Shown here piece by piece: positions 1-12,394 of a stretch of DNA of 64,000 nucleotides. The notes under the pieces were generated by a model. The model saw only the letters and a list, made by a program, of their open reading frames with translations. It searched no databases and was not told where the DNA came from. Both the position numbers and the translations under genes were made by a program. The DNA comes from Geosiphon pyriformis uo1 (lineage: Eukaryota; Fungi; Glomeromycota). How positions within the stretch are numbered: position 1 is the stretch's first letter; each line of letters starts with the position of its first letter. The stretch lies in assembly GCA_016748015.1 (NCBI GenBank), contig JAAOMT010000714.1, positions 101,840 through 165,839 of the forward strand. The letters run 5' to 3'.

Positions 1-3000
1 ACTTATCCTATTGTACTGATTGAGATGGCTTGCAAGATTCTCTCCAAAATACTCTCAAACAGGATTTCTTCAGCATGTAGCACTTATAATGTCTTTCATG
101 GTGACAATTTTTTGGTTTTGAAAGGTACAACAACACAGTCCCCCATTTTTGCAGTTGGTTCAATTATTGAGGATGCCCTGGAAAAAAACTGAGAACTTTG
201 GCTGGTCTTGCAGGATATGAGGAAAGCATATGATTCGGTTGGCTGGGAGCATTTGGAGAAGTGTCTGGTCAGAATTAAAATGTGCAACAGATTCATTTGG
301 TTTTTTGGCGGCATTCACAAAGGTCGCATTAATTGAGTCATAACAGATTTTGGTTTAACAGATTGTTATCGGGTCCATGATGGTTTAAATTAAGGAAAGA
401 TCTTTTCCCCCCTTCTGTGGTGCATTTTTTATGATCCCCTTTTGTGCAAAGTCAAGCATCAGAAGAGTATGTGTGAGTACAGGCTAATTTCTCATTTCGT
501 TTTCAAGAGTAGTTGTGTTGAGTCGCAGACTGGACTTTCTTTTTTTTTGCCACTAGCACCTTTGTTGATGATACAATTTGGATTGGCAGTAGTCAGAGTG
601 CTACTCAACACATTTTGGATGTTGCTAGCAAGTTTTTCTAAATTAATGACATTTCAATAAACAATAACAAAACTGTAGCTATTCCCATCAATTGTAGAGT
701 TGGAAATCCAGCTCTTTTCATTAGTGGTTTACCTATCTTTATAGCCAAAAAAAGTGAATCCCATCGGTATCTGGGCATATTTCTGTTGACTGAGGGTCTT
801 TCCAGACCTAGTTTAGCTAAAGCACATTTGGACATTTGTTTTTTTACAAATTTGGTTCTAAAAAAAACTATCTCAGATAAGCAGTTCTTATATTTGGTTT
901 CAGTAGTTTTCCAGCTTATTATTAGCTACAGGACACAGTTTAGCTTTGTTCCTATCGGCATTTGCAACAAGTGGGATGCTATGATTTGTAAGGGCCTGAA
1001 GCTCAAATCTGGACTTTCACTCGACTTTCCTAGTGATTCAATTCACCACCTCTCCTTTTATGGTTTGAAATCTTTCCTGCAGATTCAGTCTGAAGACAAG
1101 GTTGCTTCTCTTATTAATTTTGCCAACTCTGGTGGGATTGTAGGACGTTTGTTCTCTTATAGGTCTCATGATCTGCAGGTTTTGTGTTGGCACCCTATTT
1201 ATCCATTGAGTTCTCCTGTTCACATTCATATTAGTGCCTCTAATAATTTTTTGGTAGGTGTGGTTTGTGTGCTTTATAATTGCAAATTGTCTCTGAGTGG
1301 ATCCTTTGCCAATTCCTTTCATGTTAATAGTGGAATGCCCATGTCAACTGTTTTGGATGAATCAGTTTTCTCCAGGTGTCTCCCCTCACTTCAGCAGTAT
1401 GGTGTGGCCTTTGCAGACCAAATTTGTGATCATTATAGTACAGTCTTTGATTGGTCCATATTTAAGTGATGGAAGAAACTGGACTTCTGTGGCCCTATTC
1501 CTGAGTGGTTCAGGCTTTCTGCTATGTTTCTTGCTGGTGAGGACTCCTTTTCTGTTCGCATCTCAGTTCTTGCTGATATGAGTTCTTTGGACATTTTGGG
1601 TTCTTCTGGCTTTGGGTCTATCTGTAATCGTTTTTCACGGGTTGATGCAAGGATGTTGTCTGTCTATACTGATGGATTATTGAGAAATTTGGGTACAGTT
1701 GGCTGTAAAGCAGGTGCTGCAGCTTTTTTCGAGAACATTGGTATGGGTTTGGGTGTTGGTGTGTCTGGCTTGATGTCATCTACCATGGCTGAGTTACAGG
1801 CAATTGCGTTGGCTCTCGAGTGTGTTTCTGTTTTTAGTAATGTCCATTTGTTTTTGGATATTCAGTCTGCTTTGGATGCTTACAAATTAGAATTGGGTAT
1901 GGTGGCTCCTGATTTCTGGAATTGATGTTGAATTGAGTGTCAGCACATTGCCAACATCATTTCCAGTAAGGTCCTAAATGTTGCTTGGCACAAAGTCAAA
2001 GGTCATTCTGGGGTTTTGGGAAACGAGTATGCTGATGTGATTGCTGGTGCTAATTCTGTTTCTGACTGGTTTTTTCCTCCTCGCCTGGACAAACACTTTT
2101 TAATGGCTGATGGCAACATTGTCTCTGGCAATTCAAGGCACTTTGTCTGTAACACTTTTCATGTCATGTGTTATGCACATTGGGAAGTAGGGTCTGGTTC
2201 TAAGTTTTTGCCTGACAACTTGTAAGCTGATGTTGATTGGTTTCGCTCATCTTTGGTGTGGCATCCTGATTTGCATATGACCACTGGTTTTATTAGCAGG
2301 ATTTCGGCTAATGCACACTCTTATTTTATGAAGGCTTTGCATCATCAGTTGTCTGTGGCTGTTTGAAAATGGCTTTATAATAGACTTTATCCCAGTGTGT
2401 TGTGTTTATATTGTGGTAACGTGAAGGTGTCAGATCATGTTTTTTCTTGTGAGGTCAATGATTCTGCTTGGCGTCAGTTGTTGGATTCTCACATGAACAC
2501 TTGGAAAACACTTTCTGGTTCTTCTGTCTCTTCTTCATGTTTGTTGCAGTTGTTGTCATCTTGTGTTTCAGGTTCCTCAGTGTTCATGGCTTTTCATAAG
2601 GGTTTTGTTTTTAATAATTGGTTTTGTGAAGCTGTTTCCGTCTTCCATAGTCCCAAGATGGCATGTTTGAAGATTGTTAATTTCGTATGTTCTCTTGGCC
2701 TTGCTTTTAGAGATGAGATATGATTGGTTTGTGTCAAACATCGTGCCTATATGGAAAAGCACAGACTGATTTCTTTAGATAGCTCATCTCCTACTTCGGT
2801 CTCTGGTTTGACTTTGCATCTTTTTGCTGGTGTGATTGATTTGCTTGGTATCAATGAAGCTTTTGGTGTGCATTTTGGTTTTCACAAGTCTTGCATGTTT
2901 TTCTCCAGCATTGGTAATTCGGTTTCTGTCTATATTGCTGTGTAGTGTTGTTCTGACTGGCCCGAGTGGCTGGTCATGTGTAAAAAATGCATGATTCACG

Positions 3001-3085
3001 TCTAGTTTAGATCATTTCTTTGATGTATAGTGCTAGGTTGTGTGTGGACCTCACTTGTTAAATTTAAAAAAAAAAAAAAAAAAAA
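1..3085 (+). mobile_element. LINE copy 1 (L1/Tx1-like with RNase H); 3' part only, ORF2 pseudogenised
   Basis: Remnants read across stops and frameshifts: DMRKAYDSV (~214), FVDDTIW (561-581), RYLG (~765), RNase H VYTDG/ELQAI/KVKGHSG-GN, and C-terminal CLYC..DHVFSC. Stop TAG at 2943-2945, ~120-nt tail, 20-nt poly(A) at 3066-3085. Confidence 0.95.
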
Positions 3086-3130
3086 TAGTATTAGTGACAA
3101 GATAATTTTTACTGAAGTTTTAAGTAATTA

Positions 3131-3386
3131 NNNNNNNNNNNNNNNNNNNNNNNNNNNNNNNNNNNNNNNNNNNNNNNNNNNNNNNNNNNNNNNNNNNNNN
3201 NNNNNNNNNNNNNNNNNNNNNNNNNNNNNNNNNNNNNNNNNNNNNNNNNNNNNNNNNNNNNNNNNNNNNNNNNNNNNNNNNNNNNNNNNNNNNNNNNNNN
3301 NNNNNNNNNNNNNNNNNNNNNNNNNNNNNNNNNNNNNNNNNNNNNNNNNNNNNNNNNNNNNNNNNNNNNNNNNNNNNNNNNNNNNN
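3131..3386. other. Assembly gap (256 N)
   Basis: Run of N between LINE copies 1 and 2. Confidence 1.
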
Positions 3387-6300
3387 GGTGTGAAAATTTT
3401 GGTAAATACTAATCTCAAAAAATTAGCAATATATTTAGATTGAACTGTAGTATTAAAAAAAATTTCAGTTAAAATATTGGCTAAAACAATATATATTGTA
3501 CTTTTTAAATTTGGTATCATTAAATCAATTAAAATACAATTGATAAAACTGATAAAAGACTATAATCGAATTTGATCAATTAAATTACACTAATCTGACC
3601 ATAAAAAAGTGATTTATTCTAATTAAAAAAGATGCTATATATGTTATTAAAACTAATATAGACAAAAAAACATGAAATGTAAGAGATTGTAATAGAATAC
3701 TGCTCTATATACTGTTAATAAAAACAAATGTTTATGATATTTAAAACTTTATTGAATTTATGGATAAGAAAATGTGTATAATAAATTCTTATCCAATTAC
3801 ATATAGTTAAGCCAGATGTGCTGTAATTTGTTTTAATTCTGCTAAGTTATTAAATACTATTATAAAAACTACATTAATTTTAAGAGATGTCAATTTGCAC
3901 TGGTTTTATTTAAGTTCTATTAAGTATGCAAAGTATGAGAATTTAAATCATATATTTTTAAGCTGTACTATAAGTGAAAAAAATTTTTCTAGTGGTTTAC
4001 TTTATAGAATTTTGTTAAATAAAGATAAAAACAAATTAGTTATTATCTATGCCAAATATTTAATACTTATTACACATTCTGTGTCTTTTAATAATGTTTT
4101 TTGAACCAAAATTGTTGACAAATTCTTTTTTCTCTTCTTTTCTATGCAAAATAATTCAGTAAATTATAGCTTTTTATTGAAGGTAAAATCTTTTTTGTTT
4201 ATATTTGAAGATAAAATAATTAATTTATTAATTATAGTTATAGGCCTGCTGGTCAAGATAAATAATAAAAGTTTGGGTTTAATTATTTTTTCTAACAATG
4301 ACTGATTTGATCTAAAAAATTGCTATGTGTAATATTAAAGGTGTTAATATTTTTATTAAGTAAAAAAATATTATTTATTGACATATGAATTTGGATAACA
4401 TAATTTTTATTATTATAGAAACCAAATTAAGGTCTAACATTAAGCCATAGATTATGAATAAGTTCAATAAAGTCTGTATTTTTATTTTTGGTTTAAATAT
4501 GAGTTTTTGTGGTACAAAAGTGAGCATAATTATGAACAGTTCTCTGGCTCAGCATGTTTTAAAGATTGATAAAATTTCAAGTTAACTGATTTTAATTTAT
4601 TTTCTGTTTAAAAACAAGCTTTCAGTAATAATTTTGGGTTTGTATGCTGGTGTTTTTTTAATTTTAGATTTGAACAAACTCTGAAAATCAATATTTTTAT
4701 TGTCAAAATAGTTAATTCCAGCATTTTTGTTATTTTGAATAAAGATTTTAATGAAAATAGATTTAAAAAAAGTGCAAATTTCAGAAAATGCTCAGATATA
4801 AAACTGGTTAATTTATTTATTGGACATTTTTTAGTCAAAGTTTCTACTTAAAGCAACTTTAATAGAGCTAAAAAAGTTATTAACTATATTTTTGTTAGTA
4901 ATAATTTGTTATTAACAGTTGCAAATTATAAGATTAGCTGTGTATTTGAATTTTTTAATACTAATTACAAAGCAGTTATGGTTTTAATTAGTTTAAAAAG
5001 TCTCTTGAATGTTTATTTAAATATTATTTATAAGCAAATGAATAAAACTCAATTGAAGTTCAAGATTAGAAATGCTTATAGTGTTAAGTAAAATAGTTTT
5101 TACAACAATTTTTTTACTAATTTTTTTTTAATAAAAAATAAATTTGAAAGAGTAAATGTGAAAAATAATTTAAATATAATGTAGAAATTCTTAAGAGATG
5201 TAATAATAGAATTAGCTAACAAAACATTTTTTAAATATTAGTATAGTAAAGTCAAATGTTTTTTAACAAACAGTTATCAAAATTTTTCAAATTGAAATTG
5301 TTGGTTGCTAAGATAATAAAATTTCTTAGATTTAATAATATATCTAAAACTAAATATTTTCTCTATATTTGATTGGTTGCTAATAAAAATAAAGCTTTAA
5401 AAGTGCAAATTATGGTTCAAAATAATGCCAAATTAGTAAATATTTTTAGTTGTTTGTTTAAAATAAGAAAAATTTATTGCAAGTTCAAAATATACAAGTC
5501 CAAAACAGCAGAAGTAATTATTATTAAAGATGTAATTAAAAAGAAAATGGAAAGTTTTTGTTTAAATAAAAACCACATAATTAAGAATATTTTAGAAAAA
5601 ATTTTTTGCAAAATAGTATTGGATTATTTAATAATTAATAAGAAACTAATTTTGGAACTATTAATTGTTAAAGCCAAAGTTAATGCTATCATAAAAAGTT
5701 GAATCAAAAAATGAGCAGTTTTAAGATTTGTGTCTGAAATTTGGGCTAATTAGTATGTTTTTTTGAACTATATAAACAATAGTGTATTTTGAAACATTAT
5801 GAAAATTATTGTTTTAAGGAATTGGTTTATGTGATCATAAATTTGCCAGATAAAAAAACTGCTAGTCTAAGTGACATCTCTAATAAATTGTAAGAAAATT
5901 GTAGTAATAATATCTTCAAATGTCTTTTAAGTTTTCTAAACTTGTGTTTAACTCTAAGTGTAGTTTCAATTCAATAGAAAAAAATGTTGGGTTTTAATAA
6001 TACCTAAGTCTTATAAATAAAATAAAATTTTAATGAATACTTGATCTATTACTCTGATTAAAATGGCCAGAAATTTTTTTTTAAGATTTTCTTAAATCAA
6101 ATTTCATTTGCTTACAGCAAATTTAATGTTTTTTGTGAGAATAACTTTTCTGTTTTAAAAAGTATTTTAACATAATTATTTATTTTTACTGTTGGCTCAA
6201 TGGTAAAAGATGCTCTAAAAAAAAATAAAAAAATATGACTGATTTTACAAAACATGTACAAAATATATGATTTTGTTAATTGTCATTAATTAAAAACTAG

Positions 6301-8945
6301 TTTATAATATATTAAAATATGTAAAAAGTTTATTAGTTTTTTTAGCAATATTTATGAAAACAAGATAAACAAAAGTATAACAAACTTTGGGCTAACAGAT
6401 AGATATCAAGTATATAATAGACTGAATTAAAATAAAATATTTTTTTCTCTTTTCGGAATGATTTTTTATGATTTTTTTTTATGTAAAATCAAAAAGCATA
6501 AAAATTTGTGTAAATATTAAATTAATACCAAGTTTGTAATCAAAACAGACAAAATAAAAGCCATAAGAAGAAAAACTTTTTTTTTGTGACTAATACATTT
6601 ATTAATAATATTATCTGAATTGAAAATAGCCAAGCTTCTATACAGTATATTTTGAATATTGTTAATAAATTTTTTCTTTTAATAATATTGAAATCAACAA
6701 TAACAAGACAATAGTTATTTCTATTAACCAAAAAGTTAAGAAAGCTTCTTTAAAAATTAGTGAGTTATCTATTTTAATTGCCAAAAGCAGTATGTTATAC
6801 AGATATTTAAGTATTTTTTTATTAACAAAAAATTTATTCAAGTCTAATTTGGCCAAGATTTGGTTTAATATCAGGTTTTTTTTAAATTTGGTATTGAAAA
6901 AAGCTATTACAAATAAACAATTCTTTTATTTGGTTTTGGCTGTTTTATAGTTTATAGTTAAATATTAGTTATAATTTAGTTTTGTGTTTTTTGAGATTTG
7001 CTGTTAATAAAATGTTTTGATTAGAAGAAGTTTTAAGCTAAAGCTGATTTGTTATGTAATTTTTCTAATGAAACACTATATTATCTTTTATTATATAATT
7101 TAAAGTTATTCTAACAAGTCTAAGCTAAAAAAAAAGTTATTTTAGTTGTTGCTTTTGTAAATACTACAGGTATTCTTGGTTGGTTTTTTGATTACTGGTT
7201 TTTGAATTTACAAATTTTGGGCTGGACCTCTTTAAATCTCTTATAGTATTTAGCTAGATTACAAGTTAGCTTTTTTAATAATTTTTTGGCTAAAGTGAGG
7301 TGTATTTTTTTAGATAATAGTTTCTTATTGACAAATAATTTACCTTGTGTATTTTTCAGTCCTGACAAGTTTTTTATATTAAGTATTTTAAAAACTTCTT
7401 TGTACTTTGACAAAATAGCTTTTCTGAAGAGATTTGGTGTGACTTTTTGTAACAAATTTTTAAATAAACATGATAAAGTCATGAATTAAAAAACATTTTA
7501 TCACTGGAAAAAGTTGAATTCCAAAGAGCCTATGTTTTCTTGGTTTATTCTGACATTAAACTTTCTGCACAATATTAGTTTTATATCTGTCTCTTCTAAT
7601 ATAGTTTTTAATACAAAAAGTAATAGTATTTTATTAACAGATTAGTTTTTAATTTTAAAAAAACATATTCATAAGATTTGGTTAAATACAATCAATATTT
7701 ATATAGATAAGTTTTTGATAAGTTTAGATTCTTTTACTATAACTGATAGAATTGCTGTGTATTTTTCTAAAGTGAACTTGAATGTTGGTATTAAGATTTA
7801 TAAGTTGTTGTTATTAATAATGAGTGAATTACAAACTATTGTTTTGGTTTTAGAATATATGTACTTCTTTTGTACTGTGATTATATACTTAGACAATTAA
7901 GCTGTCTTGAATATATGTGTTTTAAAATTGAAGTTATTAGGTTCTGATTTTCAAAACTGCTGTTGGATAAAAAAAAACATATTGTTAACTTGTTAAGAAC
8001 AAAGAACTTTTAGTGGTTTGGTCAAAAGTTAAAAAACATTTAAGTGTTTTGAATAATGTTTATATGAATATTTTAGCAAACAGTACTGTCTGTTTCTCTT
8101 TAGTGCTGGCCAATAATATGTATAAATGTTTTGTTATGGCCAATGGTTTAAAAATATCTGATAATATTTATTATTTTATTTAAAATATATATAAATTAGT
8201 AAGTTGTGCTTGCTAAAAAACTGGATCTAATTTCAAAATATTAGAAAATTTTTTGGTTTAGAATATTAATTAGATCCAGACTATTGTAATTTAACATCTA
8301 AATTCACACATACTGTCAAATTTCACAAGTAAGACTTCAACTAATTTGTGCATATATTTTATAAAGACAATTTACAGAAGGCTGTTTATTGTAATCAGAA
8401 AAAAACTTCATAACAAAAAATATTCAGGTGTTTTGTGTTTGTATTATAAAGAGGTTAAATTTTTTGATTATGTATTTACTTGTTTTAAGAAGACTGAGTT
8501 CTAAAAAAAAGATTTTGCTTAACCAAATTAAAATTTGTAAATTATTAATAAAGCTTTATACTTTGTTGTCTTCTATAATTGTAAAATCTTTTTTGTTATG
8601 TTTATTAGATATAGAACTGTATATTTTTTTATAAGAGCTTTATGCTTAATGATTGATACTATAAAGTTTTACAAATGTTCAAAAATTGTAAAAAAACTGT
8701 TCAGATTTTAATTAATTTGTGTACAATTTGGGTAAACAATTTTGTTTTAAGTTATAGAAGTTCAAGTCTAAATACAGAACAAATATAAAAAAATATGGTT
8801 TAATTAATAATTTTAAGATAGTATCTGATGGGTTTTATACTATAAAATCAAATTTATTAGATAAAACAATTAGATTGATTGGTATTAATAAGTTATTTGA
8901 AATTAGCTTTGGTTTTTATAAGCTTTGTTTGTTTTTTTTGGATTT

Positions 8946-9701
8946 TTTTTTTTTTTTTATATTTTAACGAGTGAGACCCAAATACCACCTAAACTATGAT
9001 ACCACAGAAGGGATTACATTATAGGCATAAATCATGCGTTTTCTACATGTGATCAGACACTCGGCCCAATCAAGGACTCACTACGTTGAATCAAAAGTAG
9101 GTGGAAATAATCCCAACCCATGAATTCTCTCAATGATATCATTCAAATTCCTAGAGTCAAAAATAAACTCACTAAGAAACAATCTAGTAGACTCAATATT
9201 GCCTCTGGTTTCAGCACCAGACATACGCCACAAAGCAATAACACGCTCAATAGTGTCTTCACTTAAAAAAAAAGGCTTAGCAGCCAACATATCATCATAG
9301 TTCATATCACCAAAGTCAACCTCAGATCTAAGACAAGCAATGTCCTTGGAAACCCCAACCAAGAGATTAGAAAAATTGTTAGCAGCACTCTTTATAGAAA
9401 TGAGATTCTTCTCGACCTGAACAGCCTTAGCAGCATTATCATTAAGAAGACGAGACACCAAAGCAACCAAAGAACCAACAAGCTCAACAATAGACTTAAC
9501 CAGAGCAGTCAAATCCGAAATCTGCTTTTCCAAAAAGTCCAATCTAGAACCAACAGCAGGATCAACAACAGAAGCAGCCAAAAAAGCCACCAAAGGAAGA
9601 AGCTCAGAAAAACCAGAAGGAGCAGCAGTCTTGGCATATAAAGCAAAACCCACAAAACGAGACTTGAAAACCTTGGGAATCTTGAGAGTGGGGAGTGGGG
9701 A
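8946..9701 (-). mobile_element. 5'-truncated ORF1-only (HAL1-like) non-autonomous retroelement with the LINE-type 3' tail
   Basis: Poly(A) seen as a T-run at ~8943-8958. The tail is homologous to the LINE 3' UTR. The ORF is unrelated to ORF2 and runs straight into the tail. TSD GGATTT at 8940-8945 and 9702-9707. Confidence 0.85.
9081..9701 (-). CDS. C-terminal part of a Gag/ORF1-like coiled-coil protein (no start codon; frame open from the insertion boundary)
   Basis: Stop-free frame from 9701 (SPLPTLKIPKVFKSRFVGFALYAK...) through a heptad-rich segment (RLDFLEKQISDLTALVKSIVELV) to TAG at 9081. Homologous to the decayed ORF at 36.3-38.4 kb. Confidence 0.7.
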   Translation of the reverse strand, partial: SPLPTLKIPKVFKSRFVGFALYAKTAAPSGFSELLPLVAFLAASVVDPAVGSRLDFLEKQISDLTALVKSIVELVGSLVALVSRLLNDNAAKAVQVEKNLISIKSAANNFSNLLVGVSKDIACLRSEVDFGDMNYDDMLAAKPFFLSEDTIERVIALWRMSGAETRGNIESTRLFLSEFIFDSRNLNDIIERIHGLGLFPPTFDST

Positions 9702-10438
9702 GGATTTAAGTAAAGAGATTACTGTTCATATAAGAATTTAATATTGTTTTAATTGATCTAAGTAACTAGTTATATGTAATAAAAATGTAAATTATATTTA
9801 GTTAAAATTTTTAGTTTTAATTCTATATATTATAGAGTAATTGAATTGTATTCATAAAATATTAATAAAAAAAAATAATTATTTATATATACCAAAATTT
9901 TTATATATATAAACAAAATTTGTTTTAATATTTATATTAATTATATATTTAAAACATAATTTAATAATTTAATTTTTTTATATTTTATATATGTAAAAAT
10001 TAAAATATTTAATATTATATATCTTTTTTATATTATAATAAACAATTTGTAATACAAAAATTTATTATTTTTATATATAAATTTAAATATTACATGAATA
10101 TTATTTTGTTTTAGTTTATAATATTAATTAATTTTTTATTTAAATTTATTTTTGAGTTTTATTTTTTATTAAATACATTTAATAATATTATAACAAAATT
10201 AAATTTTTAAAAATTTATTTTATTATATTATAAATTAATAATTTTAAGATTAATTAATTTTTATAAAAAATTCAAATAAATTGATTTTTAATATTATAAA
10301 TGTTTTAAAAAAACTCTTTCTTTCGTTGATCCCCTAGTCACAATGAGAGCTTTGAGTCGTCACTGAAATAGCCTTCTTTTTTCCTTTCTCCTTCACCTTT
10401 CTTCAGTTATTTCTTCAGAAATTCCCCTTTTTGTGGCT

Positions 10439-12394
10439 ATGGAACTGGTGGACTTTGCTGCTGGTGGTTTTGGGTTCATTTTGGCTGGGTTGGGAACCCG
10501 GTCTGGTGTCAAAAATAAGCGTTCGGTTGGTCCTCAATCTTGTGGTGCGTCCTATAAGAAGCCGAAAAAACCTGTGGCGGTTGACGGTTTGGTGGAGTCG
10601 TCTGCTGGTGTCTCGAACGTTATGGATGAAAGTGGTGACGGACCTAATATTGGGCGATCGTGAGCTAGCGAGATCAACAGCGAAGTGGACAGCGTGAGTG
10701 GTGTCTCGGACTTGGATAACTTGGAAAATGTTGTCGTTAAGGAAACTAGCTATGTAGAGTCGGATGTTTCAGGTTTGGACGACGACATAAACAATACCAC
10801 GCCAAGGAAGATGCGTACCCGCACCTATGTTCTGAACAGTAAGCCACCACCTCTCTCTTTCAACATGCTAAGTGATGGTGAAAACACTCTGCCTCTTCCG
10901 AGTCCTAAATTTTGTGGGTCCAATTGCCTTCCTTCAGTTGGGTCATGTGCTCCAGAGAAACGGAGTTTTATTTTGTCAAAATCGTTTGCATTAAATATTG
11001 AACTATCTGCCATACCTGACAAAACTATTGGTGATAAGTTGGTTTGTGTGAAAAAAATTTTTTATCAGGTTGATGGTTTTGGGGGGGCTTCAACTCCCTC
11101 AAAATTTTCTGGAATAATAAGGTCATCATTTACATCTGAAAAAAGTTTGTTTAAGGCAAGAGAAATGGCAATCAGTGAAAAAATATTGGTAAATGATGAT
11201 CTAAGGAAAGTAAACAGCCATTCAGATTGGGAGGTAATCATCAAAGAAATCCCAATAAATCTTTCCAAATCGGCAATTGAGGCAGTGTTCTCCAAGTTTG
11301 GCAAGATTGTTTCAATTAAAGTGCAGCTTATTGGTCTTTGGCAAAAGACTCTGGTGGAATATGAATCATCTGAGATGGCTGATTTGGTTGCAGCTAGATG
11401 GTCTGTGCTCATGGGAAAGGATTCTGTCCGCATGGCAAAGGCAAATATTAATAAACAAACGTGGGTATCGAGGGATCAGCATTGGACTTTGCTCTATACT
11501 CTTCCAGTTGGCACCAATGCTCATGATCTCTCCAGTTTGTTGGAATCATATGGTGGGAAGACTTGTTATATCGGCCGTAACCCTAGTTCATATGTTCATA
11601 ATAGATGTGCTGTGATTTGTTTTGGTGATGAGGCATCCAAGTTGGCTGCTATTGGTACCGTTTCAGTTTTCAGAAATGTGAGTTTGCGTTGGGCTGGTCT
11701 TTCTTTGGCCAGTTGTGCTTGTTGTAAACAATTCGGTCATGTTTTGGTCAACTGTTTCTTGGGTGAATTTTCTGGTGTTCGAGGAAGAAGGGTGGTTTCT
11801 GAGCAAGATCGGGTTCATCTAGCTGAGATATATAAAAGGAAATTGGCCCCTGTCGCTCGTCCAGTTTCTTTTGGTGGAAAAACGTGGGCCCAAGTGGCAG
11901 GCCGTTCTCCCTCTCGTGTTGTTTCTTCGGGTGCTCCTGGTGGCAGTTTGGTCTCTGGTTTGAAGGCTTTCTCAATGGATTCCTCCTCGTCTGGTGCTGC
12001 TGATCTAGGTGGTCGCCTAGCTGTACTGGAATGCTTCATGGAAATTCTCGCAGACCAAGTCTCACTCATTTTGAAGAAATTAAGTTTTGTTGACTTGGTG
12101 CTATTGGCGCCTTCTCTCTCAGCTCTTCCTTTGGTGTCTCCAACTGCCGTTGTTTCAGATGTGGACTCAGGTTTGGATTTGGATAGCACGTTGTTGTTGT
12201 CTGTCTCTTCTTCTTCCAATGTTGGTGGGTCAGTTGTTGATTTCAGTTCGAGCAGTTCTAAGGTTTTGACTGCCAAGATTGGCAGTTTGGAGTCGAATAT
12301 GATGGCTCTTGAGGCTTCGGTTCGCTCGGTCTTGGATAGATTGGATCATCTGCGTTCTGGTTCGGGTTCATTGGCTTTTCCTCCATCTCAATAA
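10439..12394 (+). pseudogene. LINE ORF1: RRM-like folds, CCHC knuckle, C-terminal coiled coil; one premature stop
   Basis: ATG 10439 is in frame with the 569-aa ORF; TGA at 10661 (probably ex-TGG). IIKEIP...FSKFGKIVSIK..VEYES is RRM-like; CACCKQFGHVLVNC fits C-x2-C-x4-H-x4-C. Confidence 0.88.

Larger units (their letters stand above)
3387..9875 (+). mobile_element. LINE copy 2, heavily C>T/G>A decayed, interrupted at 8946-9701
   Basis: Colinear with copies 3 and 6 from mid-ORF1. ORF1/ORF2 junction ATGA at 4298-4301; RNase H remnant YIDKF at ~7700. The last ORF2 codons and the decayed tail resume at 9702 and end in an A-run at ~9875. Confidence 0.9.

Noticed and set aside
2955-2975. tRNA A-box-like TGGCCCGAGTGG in the LINE tail (tRNA-derived SINE or tRNA gene)
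   Set aside because: Spacing does not fit the A-box, no B-box (GTTCRA) follows, and the motif is better explained as a hairpin.
3030-3520. ORFs spanning the N gap
   Set aside because: Artefacts of translating Ns.
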